NCBI GenBank assembly: GCA_017654855.1
Contig: CM030333.1
Location: 682,001-746,000, forward strand
Origin: Podospora anserina
Lineage: Eukaryota
DNA: 64,000 nucleotides
Direction: 5' to 3'
Shown here: one piece after another, positions 38,953-52,534 of the stretch
Numbering within the stretch: position 1 is the first letter of the stretch
Layout of the letters: each line of letters begins with the position of its first letter
Translations under genes and position numbers: made by a program
The notes under the pieces: generated by a model
Databases searched by the model: none
What the model was told of the DNA's origin: nothing
The model's input: only the letters and a program-made list of their open reading frames with translations

Positions 38953-41900
38953 TGTGATGGTGGGTATTGGGGGTAATAATGGGTGGTGTGTGATGTGAAA
39001 AGGTGATGAGAAAGTCATGATCTGGTTTAAGAGTGAGTATAAGTGAGGGGAAGAATGATTAGGCCAACCGGGCAAAGCCGGGAATGCCCGGAGATGTAAT
39101 GGTTGGTTGAGAGAGACTGGTTCACGTCTTTGAGGGGATTGCATAGCGAACCTGAAGAGTAAAGATCAGCAATAGCAAAAGTCCCGTACAATATATCGAG
39201 ATTTATTATTCAGAGAATACTGGAAGTACCAGCATATGGGTTTATAACTTCATCACAGCTCAGCCAAACAATCTTAACACCGCACCTGACAACACATGCT
39301 AAGTAGGTACCTACATACGCTACACAACGTAGCAAGTCAACAAGAAAATATTCAAAACGAAATACATGCGCTACGCCTTTAGTTTATCTACGTATGGTGT
39401 GGCAGGGTAACCCTTCCCATTACGTTGTATGTCCAACAACAGAGGTAACGCCTGAATACCAATCTCTATAGACGCTACCACATCTCTCAAATCTTCCCAC
39501 CACTTTGGGCTCTCCCAATCACAATTTTAATCTGGCCGTTCCGCCATTTTGATCCTCAAAAAGTCAACAAACACTCCGTTTTAGCCGACAGACACAAGAC
39601 CAGTCCCCTCCTGTTACAGTCCCAAAAGCTCTCGTCAAATCACAAATCTCAAATTGTCCTGGACGTAGTACATGATATCTGTCTCTAGACTGCATACGTC
39701 AAAGACCTGTCTTTTGATTCAACAGAGCTTATTTTCTGACTTGGCTCTTCTCACCCTACTACTTTTGCAATATCTACCTTCGTATACAGCCTCCACAATA
39801 AAGCGGGACGCTGTGAACGTTTCATATCTCCAGAAGAAGAGGATCGACGTACCTACCATCAAATATTGTCGTTCAAACCCGCCGCGTGCGTACCCAGCAT
39901 GTCCCGTCATGCTTGTCGCAGCGGGCGATAACACAAGGCAAGCACAGGCCTGGTATATACGGGTCTTCTGGCTTCGAGTCCACCTTCCTCACGCACTAAG
40001 GGCGGGGCTGGGTTTTCTGTGATCAGCAGTGATGGGGCGATGTTGATAGTGGATGAGAACTTCGGACTTGTTGTCCTCTGGTGCTCGCTTGCGAGGCTGC
40101 CTGGCTCTTTCCATCGCAACCTTTCTTGGGATTGTTGTTCGGCTTGCGATGTGGTTATAGATGCCCGTCGTTATGGGCGGGCTGTGTGGCTGCACGCGCT
40201 GCTCTGGTTGAGATGATGATAGGGAAGTGGGAGGTAAGCGGATTTAGGGGGACATCGTGGATAATTTGTTGGAATTTTCTGTGGGTGTGTGTGTGTGTGT
40301 GTTGGAGGACGGGGGCTTGATATTGGTTCAACGTGATGTTGTTAGTGGAAGTTTTAGTTCGGGGGGACGGGTTTATGGACTTTGGACAGTCCTTCATTTA
40401 CTGGAGAGAAGGATATGTCGAATTGAGTCTTGTTAAAAGAAGACGACGAGACTTTGGTAGTTGTTGATTAAAATATTTGGAGTTGAGGCAAAAGACTGTC
40501 ATATGACATTGGATAGATGGATAATACTTGGGTTCTGACTTTACACTTCATTCGTGAAGATGGATTGTATCTCGGTTATCGTGGACAACGACTGGTGCTA
40601 TCTCAGGGACCCTTACACTATTTTATCCAACTAGACTCGGCACCTTTCTTCTTGTGCTTTACAAATATCCCTGAATAGTCCCAGCTATAAAGGCACAAAC
40701 CCAAGACAGCATCACACGCTCTGAAGAAATGTTCAATCACTCATCCGTCATCGAGGTCCTACATCATGCCTACCTTACTTCCACGCATTGGGATCATCTT
40801 TAGCAGGTCGTGGGTTTTGAACGTGCGCGGGCGCTGCTTCCCGGCTGTCTTGTACTGTATCAATCGGCAAGAACCTTCGCAATTTTTTCACAAAGGGTGG
40901 AGAGGGAAAAAATCAAGATCTGCCTGTTTTTCTCATTTGGCGATGGTGGCTTGGAAAAATTGAAGGGAGGGTTGAGCAGAAGGAGACGATAATATATCTA
41001 CGCCTGTCAAGAGCGCTGCCATGGATGACGCCATCTACCGAAGCTATTGCTTTGCTACTCTTCCCCTAGGAAAGGAAAGCGTAGGTTCCCTCAAGACTGA
41101 GAATGGACAGTAACTGTCTTGGCACGAGTCTTGGAGAAATGTATGGTTCCTGATAGACGAAGAGCCTGTCTTTCTTGTATCATCCGTCTTGTTGGTGCAA
41201 CTCTTTACAGTCCCTCCCAATACAATTGCAAAGACTCCAACCGCACCTGAAAATTGGTGCTCACTGTAAAACTCAAGATTATGTGACCTAAAAGGCGCTC
41301 TCTTGTTTAAGTAGACACGTAGGGAGAAAAATGTCGCCATAATGATGAACCAAGGGTTAATATATGATCTCTACCCAAAGTATAGGCAGAGATTGAGTCC
41401 AGTTATTACAGAGACCGTATATAGGGGGGAGACACCCGATTTAGAGATTCTCAGAAATGGAAAGTCGGCGACGACGAGTTCCCTTGAGATTTCACAGCCT
41501 CGTCATGTACCTAGGTTTATCTGTATCCTCGGAGCACGATTCCAAGGTTTTTCTTGTTGTTTCTATGAACAAAGCTTTGATAGCTAACAAGAAGGGATTT
41601 TCACAACGGCCTTCCCGAGAAGGCTTGTTTGTGTCACCACTTATGCAAGGTAGGTAGTTTGTCATTCAGAGCTTCGAGGCTGAGGTTGTCGCTATTTAGA
41701 ATTTGGATCTCGGCAGATATCTTGCATCACTAAAAAGCTATGCCCAACTGGCCCTCCTATTTCTTTGGGAATCATTTTAGCATCAAAGAGGGAGATACTC
41801 CTCCATACACCACCCCAACCAATCCCGCCTTCATCCTTCCAAACGGCGGGCAGAATTGCTGTTTTGACAGCAAGGCCTCAAAGAGCCCGTAGGAACCAGG

Positions 41901-42900
41901 CGCAGGCAGCCTCGCGTTATGTACCACATCTGGAGGGTTTTTGACCGTCCCTTTCGGGGAAATCTTGAGCGTGAAAGAAGGGGATGACAGACTGAAGCGT
42001 CCTGCCAGCTCTCAGACGATGAAGCAATTCGGTTGTGAAGTGGGAATACATGAAGCGAGACCTTCCTAGATTTGGGGAGCTGAGTCAACCGCCAACTTGG
42101 ATGCCCCAAGGAAATCTTAAAGACACCCAAATAGAGAGCTGTTTTCCCTCATCCATGATTCACCAACATAACTTCTATACATGGCCCACCAGCATTCTGA
42201 TAGCAAGGCCTTGAGACTATGTCGAGATTACTCTTCAATGTCTTTCGACCATCTTCAAAGACCTCTCAATAGATATTCAAAGACCTGTTGACTCCGAGTA
42301 GCAGTCTCCAATTATGCTGTCCACGATGTGAATTCCTTGATGGAAAATAGCCAGTAGGGCCAATGATGAACAGCACCTGTTATGGGGGCCAATGTGTTGA
42401 AGGTGATCAAGTCAACTCAAGCAGAGCATGAACGCTGGATTAAGGGGTTCAGGGGCATTCCATTCACTTCAACAACACATCAACACAAGTCCAGTCACAG
42501 CAACACAAAGTCAAGCCCACAACTCATGTATTGGAACCTGTTCCTACTACCATCTCATAAAACCCCCTTCAAACTCTCCGCCAAAAGAATCCAATACACT
42601 CTCAAGCTTCATACACCCGCTTCACCGCAGGCCGGTCATTCCCCTCCACCCAAAGAAGATACACAAAAAAAACCCATTTTAACGCCCGCTTCTTATCTGT
42701 TCTTGCCCTCATTTTCAAGAGGGGTCTGATATATCAAGAAATCCAAAACATAAGAAAATATAAAAATTTCCACGACCGTTTCATCCGAAAAAGTAGATCA
42801 CAAAGAAGTAGAGTAAAGTTGCTCCCCAAATAAACCAGGATATCGTCAGTTCAAAAAAGTCAAGAACACATCAAAAGAAAAAGGCCATCCAAAAAACACC

Positions 42901-44211
42901 TCATGGTGCGGCATGCTCATCGCCGAACGGACTCCTTTCCCGGTTCTTGACTGGTACAGAAGAGTCTCTTTGAGACGCCCGTCGTGTCGCCTCCTCGATG
43001 ACAGCACTGAGGTTGTTACTACTGATGCTGCTGTTGTGAGACGGCTTCGGTGGGTCAGAAAACGGTCCGAGATCGTTCGTTTGTGGCGAGTCAACAATGA
43101 TGGTAGCGGCGGTGGAGTCTCTATAGGTATCGCCCGAGACGGTGATAGGGGAAGAGAGGGTATCCTGCTCTGATCTCGCTTTGCTGCTGGTGCTGTTGCC
43201 GTTCAACTTCTTGATGCTTCCAACCCGAACAACCATAGCCCTAGCCGGCGTGGCTGTGTGGGTGCTGGCATTGTTCAAGAAGGTAGACCCAACGCTGAAA
43301 GTGCTGTTGGCGGGACTTGGCGGCCGGAGAGAAGAGTACTTCTCGTAGTCTACAGTGGGAACTGGGGGAGTGGCGGTGCCGCTAGAGTTGTTGGAGTTGG
43401 CCGACCGGACACTAACCATGGCCGGCTTCGCTCGCATACCCGTCTGCGCGGGAGCCACAACAACGGCGCTCTTTCCATAGATGGTGGACGCCACGCTGGA
43501 GCGCGGGGCGTACGAGGTCCGGGCGTAGGAAGTACGATCAGTGTAAGAGGAGATGCCAGAGTAAGTCGAATCACGCAAGTCACCCGGGATGAAGAAATGC
43601 TGATCTTCTGTGCTCGATGGAGTGCCGGCCTGCGAGTGACTGGCAGGAATTGGCGGAACGGGAGGAACCAACACTGTGGGAGAGGCTGTGGCTCTGTTGG
43701 TAACCCCGGGAATATAGGCGATCTGGATGATGTTCGAAGCGCGGGTAAGAACGGTGGAGGCAATCGAGTGAACAGTATGGGTGGAGGCGCGATAATCCCG
43801 GCGTTGAGCAAAGTTCTTCTCCCCATCCATATGCTCAGCTGAATCTTCCCAGACCTCCTGGGCAACTGGTTGCTGCTGCCTCCTAGACTTCACGCAAAAC
43901 CTCCATACCAAGTACGAGAGAATGACGACGGCCGCGATACCACCAATCACTCCACCAGCGATGGCACCGACATTGGTCGACGGTTGCGAGGGTCTGGGAG
44001 GGAGCATGGCTGGGTCGAGAGGCTGGCAGATCATATGAGCACATTGCTTGCATGTCTCGGGGATCATGATGCATTCATGTGTCGTCTGGTCGCAATTCTC
44101 TGGGCAGACGGGTTGTTGTCCCTTGTTGCACTGAACACAGACTTCCTGGCGCTTCCATAGCGTCGAGAAGGACATGGCGGCCGTGCCATGTGAATCGAAC
44201 ATGTCGGCCAT
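42901..44211 (-). CDS. opy2: Opy2 membrane anchor of MAPK signalling
   Basis: Eight-Cys N-terminal domain (CVQC..CPENC..C..TCKQCAHMIC), one TM segment (AIAGGVIGGIAAVVILSYLVW) and STHTVHSIASTVLTRASNIIQIAYIPGV. Confidence 0.92.
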   Translation of the reverse strand: MADMFDSHGTAAMSFSTLWKRQEVCVQCNKGQQPVCPENCDQTTHECIMIPETCKQCAHMICQPLDPAMLPPRPSQPSTNVGAIAGGVIGGIAAVVILSYLVWRFCVKSRRQQQPVAQEVWEDSAEHMDGEKNFAQRRDYRASTHTVHSIASTVLTRASNIIQIAYIPGVTNRATASPTVLVPPVPPIPASHSQAGTPSSTEDQHFFIPGDLRDSTYSGISSYTDRTSYARTSYAPRSSVASTIYGKSAVVVAPAQTGMRAKPAMVSVRSANSNNSSGTATPPVPTVDYEKYSSLRPPSPANSTFSVGSTFLNNASTHTATPARAMVVRVGSIKKLNGNSTSSKARSEQDTLSSPITVSGDTYRDSTAATIIVDSPQTNDLGPFSDPPKPSHNSSISSNNLSAVIEEATRRASQRDSSVPVKNRERSPFGDEHAAP

Positions 44212-47200
44212 GGTGAGCAAGAAACCTGAGACGTTCGTGAGGCGGGGTGAGGAATATATAAAAAGGGCGATGCTGTTTGGTGTTTGGGTGACCTGTTCGT
44301 TACGCTGTGCCGATCTCGAGGATGTGTAACGGGCCAAGCCTGGACCACTTGCTCAACGTCTATCTATTCCACGCGCGTGAATTGTTCGTTTGTGACCCGA
44401 GAGCTTATCGTATCAGATGAAGAAAATCGAAAGGGTATAAGGGGATGGTTTGCGTCGTCGGTCGGGTTTCGCACTCGGCGGCGGGCGCAAGCAGAGAGGA
44501 CAGGATGATGAGTTGAAACGAGTGACGATTGAGACTAGCTCAGTAAAGAACGGAACACATTTGGTTTGATAAAATAGAACGAATTGAAATAATGAATACA
44601 GAGTTTCTTGACAGTGATAACAACAAGAACAACAGCAACAGGGCGCGTGGTTGATGTTGAAGATGGGACGCCAGGAACCTCGCTGCGAGGCAAGAAGGCG
44701 GAAGGCGGGAAGGGTGGAGGATTTGGCTGAAGGACCTGGAACTTGGACCTGGTTCCTCCCTCAATTTGGCCAAGGGGCCAGTCAGGAGGGCAGAGCCACA
44801 CTCAGGCGCCCCGCAGCGGTTTAGCGAAAACGTCCTGGAGGGCGACACCAACGCCCCATTCGCTCGATCAACCACGCCTGGCCTGGCCCCTGGATTCCCT
44901 CTTGTGGCACGGCATTAGCATTACGGGAGCACACTTCCATGTTTCTTTTTGGTACCTTTCCAGAACATTGATGAGCTTTTCACATCATCATCATCCTCTC
45001 TCTTTTCATCTCTATCAACAACATCGCAATCAATTGCCACACTGATGGAGCATATCGGCTCTTCTTGCCACAGCTCAAACGTGGCATGAAATTCGCTTAT
45101 ACCTCTCGCCTTCCCAAAGAGGATTTCCCCGCGACAACAATCGCTCGGTAGGTCCCACTCAGCCCAGCCCACCATTGCCAAGGCATGCTCCAATGTAAAT
45201 CCCTTCCACCCAATCACGGACCACGCCCAGGCCAGAGGTTTCAACGCCTTTTTCGAAATCCCGAAGCCATACATACGAATGCATGGGTTGCAGATCAATT
45301 CTGAATTTGCATCAATTTATGGATTTCCGACCCCGCGTTTGACGACGACTTCGGGGGAAATGATCAAGAAGATGTCCTATCTAGATTTCTAGACTCAACT
45401 TGAAGTCGTCGCTGATTGGACAACCCCCCTTCCTACCGCCAAGCCACAGTTTCTTTTCTTAACAACACCCATCAAATAGTTCCTGCAGACCTGCGGTGGT
45501 GGTGTGGTGCTGTTATTGCTGACCTTACCATGGAAGGTCCAACACCAATTGAGCAAGTTCCAACAACGGGCAACCAACCACCGTCATTACACTACCATAG
45601 CCGTGCCATATTTTTCCAGCTTTGTATGTCTCGGGTGTATATTACTCAGCTGCAAAACCTCACGAGCCGAACAAGCAATGTTATGTGCGGGAGCTATAGA
45701 AAGCATAGTCTCGGGATAATGTACCGGGCAAATCCCGGTGGTCCCAGTCCCCAAGAAACCCGTGAGGGTGTTTCGGGTTGTTTTTGTTTCTGATGGGTAT
45801 ATGTGGATATCCGATCCCGGGCATGGTGGCTTGAGAGACTTGACACGAGATGGGGAGACGGGGATATCCTATGTTGAGGTTTGAGGAGTTGGAGACCTCA
45901 AACCTTCATGGCTGGGTATCCTTTCATGCATGGGAGCTGTTGTTTTGGAATGATATCCTGACATCAACTCTTAACAACATGTCGTTATTCCCGAAACGAG
46001 TCCATATTGTCATCATCACTACAACAAGTCCAGACCCCAACTGTCATCTTTCGTATTTCATATCCCCCATAGTAACCCGCATGAGATTTTCAGAGATATA
46101 GTGCTTCCCATTCTCGTCTTCCTGCATAGTTCTACCGCTGCGGGTGAAAAAAACAGGGAAGGGAGCACTATATCGTCGGAAAGGGAACCGGGTGGGTGAT
46201 GTTACGCTGCATTTACATTTCCCGAGTGGTCAGTTGGTCTGTACACGAAACCTGACGTATATCGTCGATGTGGATTTTAGGCTAAACGCGAATCTGGGGA
46301 AATCTAGAAATCTAGATGTGCTGCTGGCTTGGAATGCAGTTGATATAAAGCTGACTGTCTGTTTCCCTGGCGGTGGCGAGCAAGGTGATGTCTTGTCTGA
46401 TAGTGCGGATGCATGTCAGTCATCGTTGAGCGTCTTCGAGCCACAGCTCACCTCAACTCCAGGGTTGCAGAGAGCCGCAGTTTGAATTCCCGTCAAAGAT
46501 TAGGTTCGACAGTGTCGAGTCCAAGTTCACGGACCTATCGTGACCGGAGCAATCCGAGAGTCAGGGCCAACCGGTAGCGTTGACGGCGCATATGTCGAGC
46601 GTTGGGATGAGGTGACAGACATGGCGCAGCCGAATTACAAATGCTCGGTGATCGACCGGACCTATAGGATAGACTGAGCCTTAGCAGCACCACTCGGATC
46701 ATCACCTGTGCTGAGCACCGAAGCACTTGCTACCATCCGAAAGCTCCCCTGACGGCTCAGACCGTGAACTAATACGGTGCAATTGTAAGGCTTTTGAAGA
46801 CCAGACTGTGGCTTGAGAGACCTTTGGACCCTGAACCCTTCAGCGGGAATGGCTTAAGCCTTGCGAACCGCAGTCAGGCATCTATATGTATGATTGGGTT
46901 GGCTGACAGACCCAAACTGAACCTCACCACATGGAAAAGGATTTCCCTGTGAATGTTGGTAGAAGGATGACTGACAACGCAGCAATCATGTCCGGAGTTT
47001 GCAGTGCATGGCAGTGTTCTGTTGGTCGGTGAGCGCTTGCACAACAACATCATTCGACAGAGAGATTCTGTGCATCCCCCTCGGACTCGAAGGCGCTTAT
47101 AAGATCTTGTGAGACGAGCCTCGACGAATGCAACCTCTGACAGAGCTGAAGCGAGAGAGATTGAAATAAAATGTCGAAACAAAATAACAATGGCCTTCGA

Positions 47201-49581
47201 GGCCATCATTGCAGTGAGAGATCCGACGGGATGTCACTCCCACCGGCCGCTTCAGTGAGAACGGGAGATAGGGTCACCAGCGGCAGAGACCAGACCGGAC
47301 GACACCAGATGAGTGGGCTGATGCCATTCCCACGGCCGCTGGGAGCCCGAGAGAGAAATCATCGTTCGCAAAGAATGCACAGCTCGTGTAATCATGGCGA
47401 GGGAACCCAGCGAATCTTTGTCGTCCAAAAACGTTTCTGAACGAGGCTGGGCGGGATCCGAGCAGCCGGCACCTCCATCTTGCGCTTGACGGGCAGCAGT
47501 AGCGCCAGCTCAGCCTCACTACGCAAGCACGCCACCACCCAACAACAACAACTGGATACGGAATGCTTGTTGCGTCAAAAAGTCTCCGTTTTATGACTGG
47601 CGGTTGGCATTCGACGATATTTCTTTGAAGGAATGATCTGGGCTCCGGTAGGGTTCCGTACATCTGAGACCCTCTTTGCCGGCCCGATTTTTTTCTTTAC
47701 GGATCCCAAGTGTTCTATTTTTGGCCCCAAGTCGATTTTTTTTGTCCCCATCATGGAGATCCGTGATCTGTGTGAGATCGAAAAAAAAACAACCCAAAGA
47801 CAACCACAGGCATGTGGCAACCTCAGTTCGTGTTGGTGGATGCTAGATATCCTCCGTATGGTAGGCACATACGGAGGGCATGCTGCTTGCTCGTGAGAGA
47901 AAGTTTCCTATCTTGTGCAACGCGTGGCAAGCGGCGAGACGTGGGTTTCCGTGATGTCGTGCGAGAGAAAAGCAACAGCAAAAAAAGGAGAGGAGAGATT
48001 TCAATATTCCGTTTGTCCCTCTGTAATCCCAAATAAAGTTGGACCCCAGCGGCCCCCTGATGTTGCAGCCGCGTCGATTGCCAAGAGAAACCGTTTGGAA
48101 GACTGAACCCTTTTTTTACCTCAAACGTTCTGGACGAGAAAGCGGGAATTGACAGCTATCTGAAAGCTTTCCTCGGTCTATTATTTTGTCCAGATATACG
48201 TGTTTGCAACTGGGAATACCGTGTGCCAGTTGGTGCCAGTCCGAAGACGTTCCAGACTGACGAGATCAGAAAGGATGGGCGTTGTGGAGGGCATGATGGA
48301 CGTCATGCATTCGCTGAGCGGGTGAGCTGTTTCAGGCCTCAGGGGATGAGTACCCATAGGAACAAAACAAGCTCGACACGCTCGATTCTTATCAAGGAAC
48401 AGATGCTTTGATCGATCAACTGTATTGGATATCACGAATGCTCGATAAAATGACAATGAGGCCGTGATACCTCACAATGAACAGACCCCAGTGCTGAGGA
48501 AGAAACGAAGACCCTGAAAATGGAAGGCTAGGCCCATGCTGGCTGGTTTGGCGATCTGGAGTTAAACGGCACCAACGCACAGTACCCGCGGCTGCGGTCC
48601 AGACTGTGCGAAGAACGCTCCCCAAACTGGAGCACTCACTGCCCAGTCGCCGTGGAAACTCAAAATGATGAATGCAACTACCAAGTAGTTGCAGATGGGT
48701 ATGTACACAGAAGCTGTCATGTTCCTAGGGTCTTCAATAGGCTCAAAGAAAAGAAGAAGGTGAACCTGCCTCGCAACAATGTTCCTTGGGCCATGAAACA
48801 CTCCTGAGATGGCAAACGAGATGTGAGTGCCGGGACAAGGTGACAGCTGCTTGGCACTCAGGGGGCCGCCTGGCAGAAGAGAAAGACGGCGACGACAGCA
48901 CTGACGTCGGTCTCTTCCAGCGTTCGTTCGTGTGGGCGGGCTGTGGGCGGTGGGCAACTGATGAACCTGGAACTGGAACGGGTCGAAAGCGAGCCAGTCA
49001 CCAGTGAGCAGCTCGCAGTCGCAGCCATCCCTGGCTAGCAAAGAAGGCGGTGGAGCACCCTCGCCCATCCCTGTCGCTCAGCCACAGGCCCCCTTCACCA
49101 ACTTCATAACAGGGCCGCCGTCTCCTGAGAGCTGTTGAATCAGGTTTTTGAGACCTCTCTCTTGACATTTGTATTTTTTTTTCCTTTCTCTTTTCTCCTC
49201 TCTGGAGACGATTCCTAGAATATCACTGCTGTTGCTGCCACCAGCTGAGCAGCAAACAGCGAAAACATTGTCTTGTCCTGTGCCACTCGGTCACCGGCGC
49301 TTCCCCTTCCTGCCGTGCCCTGGAATTGGGTATCAGAACGACTCGTAACGGCAGCTGACGTTTCGCACTGCAACTGCGCCAAGCTTCACCGTCTCTTTTT
49401 CTTTGACCGACCTGACAACCAACAACCAAACAACCTCGACCTAACATCGCGATCCCCTACGAACAGTCCCCCCCGACGATCCAGCGACCTTTGAGAATCT
49501 TGCAAAATACCCAGAATATTCCAATCTTTGAGTAGATCTTGATTTCAGCTATTTCTCGCAAAAGCGAGCCGCGACTCCATC

Positions 49582-52534
49582 ATGGCGTACCACGGCGCTG
49601 GTGGCCGTGGAGACGGCTATGAAGACCACCCGTTGCAGAACCTCGGCGGTCCCCATGGACAGGTAAGCCACCAAACCATACTGTGGAGGATGGCAGGCGG
49701 GGTGCTTTGTTGCTAATATCTGAATGAATTGGCAGAACGACGATGAAGTCCAGGCCTCTCTCCTCAACGACAACCAGGCCTACGACAACAGTCGTTTGGG
49801 CGCCGGAACTCCTCCAGTTCGTCCAGTCTCGGCATACAGCTTGACCGAGTCGTACACACCCAATGCCGGCACTACGCGGGCTGGCATCGGTGTTCAGCCC
49901 ACTCCCCCTCCCCACGGATACACCAATGAGTATGCCGGTGCCCCCCAGTACGGAGTGTCGGCCAATGGTGGATTCGGCGATCAACAATATGGAAACTCTG
50001 GGCACTCTGTCGCCGAGACCGATGATAGCTGGATTCAACGCCAAAATCCCAACGCTGCCCCAGCTGGTGGCCTGAAGCGCTATGCTACCAGAAAGGTCAA
50101 GCTCGTTCAGGGTTCCGTTCTGAGCATCGACTACCCCGTGCCCAGTGCCATCAGAAATGCTGTTCAGCCCAAGTACAGAGACGTCGAGGGCCAGAATGAG
50201 GAGTTTTTCAAGATGCGCTACACTGCGGCCACTTGCGATCCCAACGACTTCACTCTCAAGAATGGTTACGATTTGCGCCCTCGCATGTACAACCGGCACA
50301 CCGAGCTCCTTATTGCCATTACCTACTACAACGAAGACAAGGTTCTCCTCTCGAGAACACTCCACGGCGTCATGCAGAATATCAGGGACATAGTGAACCT
50401 GAAGAAGTCGTCGTTCTGGAACCGGGGTGGCCCTGCCTGGCAAAAGATTGTAGTCTGCTTGGTTTTCGATGGTATCGAGAAGGTCGACAAGAACGTTCTT
50501 GACGTGCTTGCCACTATCGGTGTATACCAGGATGGTGTGGTGAAGAAGGATGTTGACGGAAACAATACCGTTGCCCACATCTTCGAGTACACCACCCAGC
50601 TCTCCGTCACGCCAAACCAGCAGCTCATCCGGCCAACGGACGACAGCCCGGCTACCCTTCCACCAGTGCAGTTCATCTTCTGCCTGAAGCAGCAAAACAG
50701 CAAAAAGATTAACTCGCATCGCTGGCTTTTCAACGCCTTTGGTCGCATCTTGAACCCAGAGGTGTGCATCTTGCTTGATGCTGGTACCAAGCCCAGTCCC
50801 AAGTCGTTGCTCGCTCTCTGGGAGGGCTTCTACAACGACAAGGATCTTGGCGGTGCCTGCGGTGAGATTCACGCAATGTTAGGTGGGTCTTATCAATTTT
50901 ACGTATGCATTTCCCATGATGAATAGCTAACCATCGCTTGTAGGCAAGGGCGGAAAGAAGCTACTCAACCCTCTGGTCGCTGTCCAGAACTTCGAGTACA
51001 AGATTTCCAACATTCTGGACAAGCCCCTCGAATCTGCGTTCGGTTACGTCAGTGTGCTGCCAGGTGCTTTCTCGGCCTACCGCTTCAGAGCCATCATGGG
51101 CCGACCTTTAGAACAGTACTTCCACGGTGATCACACCCTGTCCAAGCAGCTCGGCAAGAAGGGTATCGAGGGCATGAACATCTTCAAAAAGAACATGTTC
51201 TTGGCCGAAGATCGTATCTTGTGTTTCGAGCTGGTCGCCAAGGCTGGCCAAAAGTGGCATCTGAGCTACATCAAGGCGGCCAAGGGGGAGACGGATGTGC
51301 CTGAAGGTGCTCCCGAATTCATCTCGCAGCGTCGTCGCTGGCTCAACGGTTCCTTCGCTGCCAGTTTGTACTCGTTGATGCATTTCGGACGCATGTACAA
51401 GTCTGGCCACAACATTGTCCGCATGTTCTTCTTCCACATTCAGCTCATCTACAACGTCCTCAACGTCATCTTCACCTGGTTCTCGCTCTCTTCGTACTAT
51501 CTCACGACCACCGTCATCATGGATCTCGTCGGTACTCCAGTGCCTGCATCTAACACATCGGCGCTCCACCACGCTTGGCCATTTGGCGATACCGTCACAC
51601 CTATATTCAACGCGGTTTTACAGTATCTCTACCTGGCATTCGTCATTCTGCAGTTTATTCTGGCTCTGGGTAACAGGCCAAAGGGTTCCAAGTGGACGTA
51701 CATTACGTCTTACGTGCTCTTTGCCATGATCCAGGCCTACATCATCATCCTCTCGGTTTATCTCGTCGTTCAGGCTTTCAAGATTCCGCTTGCGGACCAG
51801 ATCAAACTGGACAATGCGTCTAACGCGATGGAGTCCTTGTTTGGTGGTACGGGGGCGGCTGGTGTCATTCTCGTGGCCCTGATTACCATTTACGGTCTTT
51901 ACTTCTTGGCATCCTTCATGTACCTCGATCCCTGGCACATGTTCCACTCGTTCCCCTACTACATGCTGCTCATGTCAACCTACATCAACATTCTGATGGT
52001 GTATGCCTTCAACAACTGGCACGATGTGTCGTGGGGTACCAAGGGTTCAGACAAGAACGACGCGCTGCCGTCGGCCCAGGTCACCAAGGGCGAGAAGGAC
52101 GAAGTGTTGGTTGAAGAGATCGAGAAGCCGCAGGAAGATATCGATCAGATGTTTGAGCAGACTGTCAGGAGAGCTCTTGCGCCGTACAAGGTGGAAGAGG
52201 CGCCCGAAACCAAGGAGCTGGAGGACTCTTACAAGTCTTTCAGAACGAGTCTGGTGGTGATGTGGCTATTTTCGAACTGTTTCTTGGCTGTGGTTATTAC
52301 CAGCGAGAACTTTGACTCGTCTTTTGGCGCTGGGGTATGTTTACAGTCTTTTGTCCTGTTGATAATGAGATTCCAAAATGCTAACTTTGGTGACAGCGGA
52401 ATGCCACCGCCAGAACCGCCTGGTTTTTCAAGTTCCTCCTGTTCGCTACTGCCGGTCTGTCCATCGTCCGTTTCATCGGTTTCTGTTGGTTCCTCGGCAG
52501 GACCGGTATCATGTGCTGCTTTGCCCGGCGTTGA
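49582..52534 (+). CDS. Chitin synthase, class III (ChsB / N. crassa chs-1 type)
   Basis: Introns 49663-49735, 50883-50943 and 52335-52396; [28 protein letters not shown] and QRRRW motifs; ends in CCFARR. Confidence 0.96.

Noticed and set aside
38953..39144. N-terminal extension of the HAD ORF
   Set aside because: Reads like promoter/UTR; family similarity begins just after MPDPS.
39000..42850. AT-richer stretch with short ORFs (e.g. 41342-41587)
   Set aside because: No recognisable domain or consistent gene model; decayed sequence cannot be excluded.
49580..50872. 430-aa minus-strand ORF
   Set aside because: Antisense shadow of the chitin synthase; no recognisable motifs.
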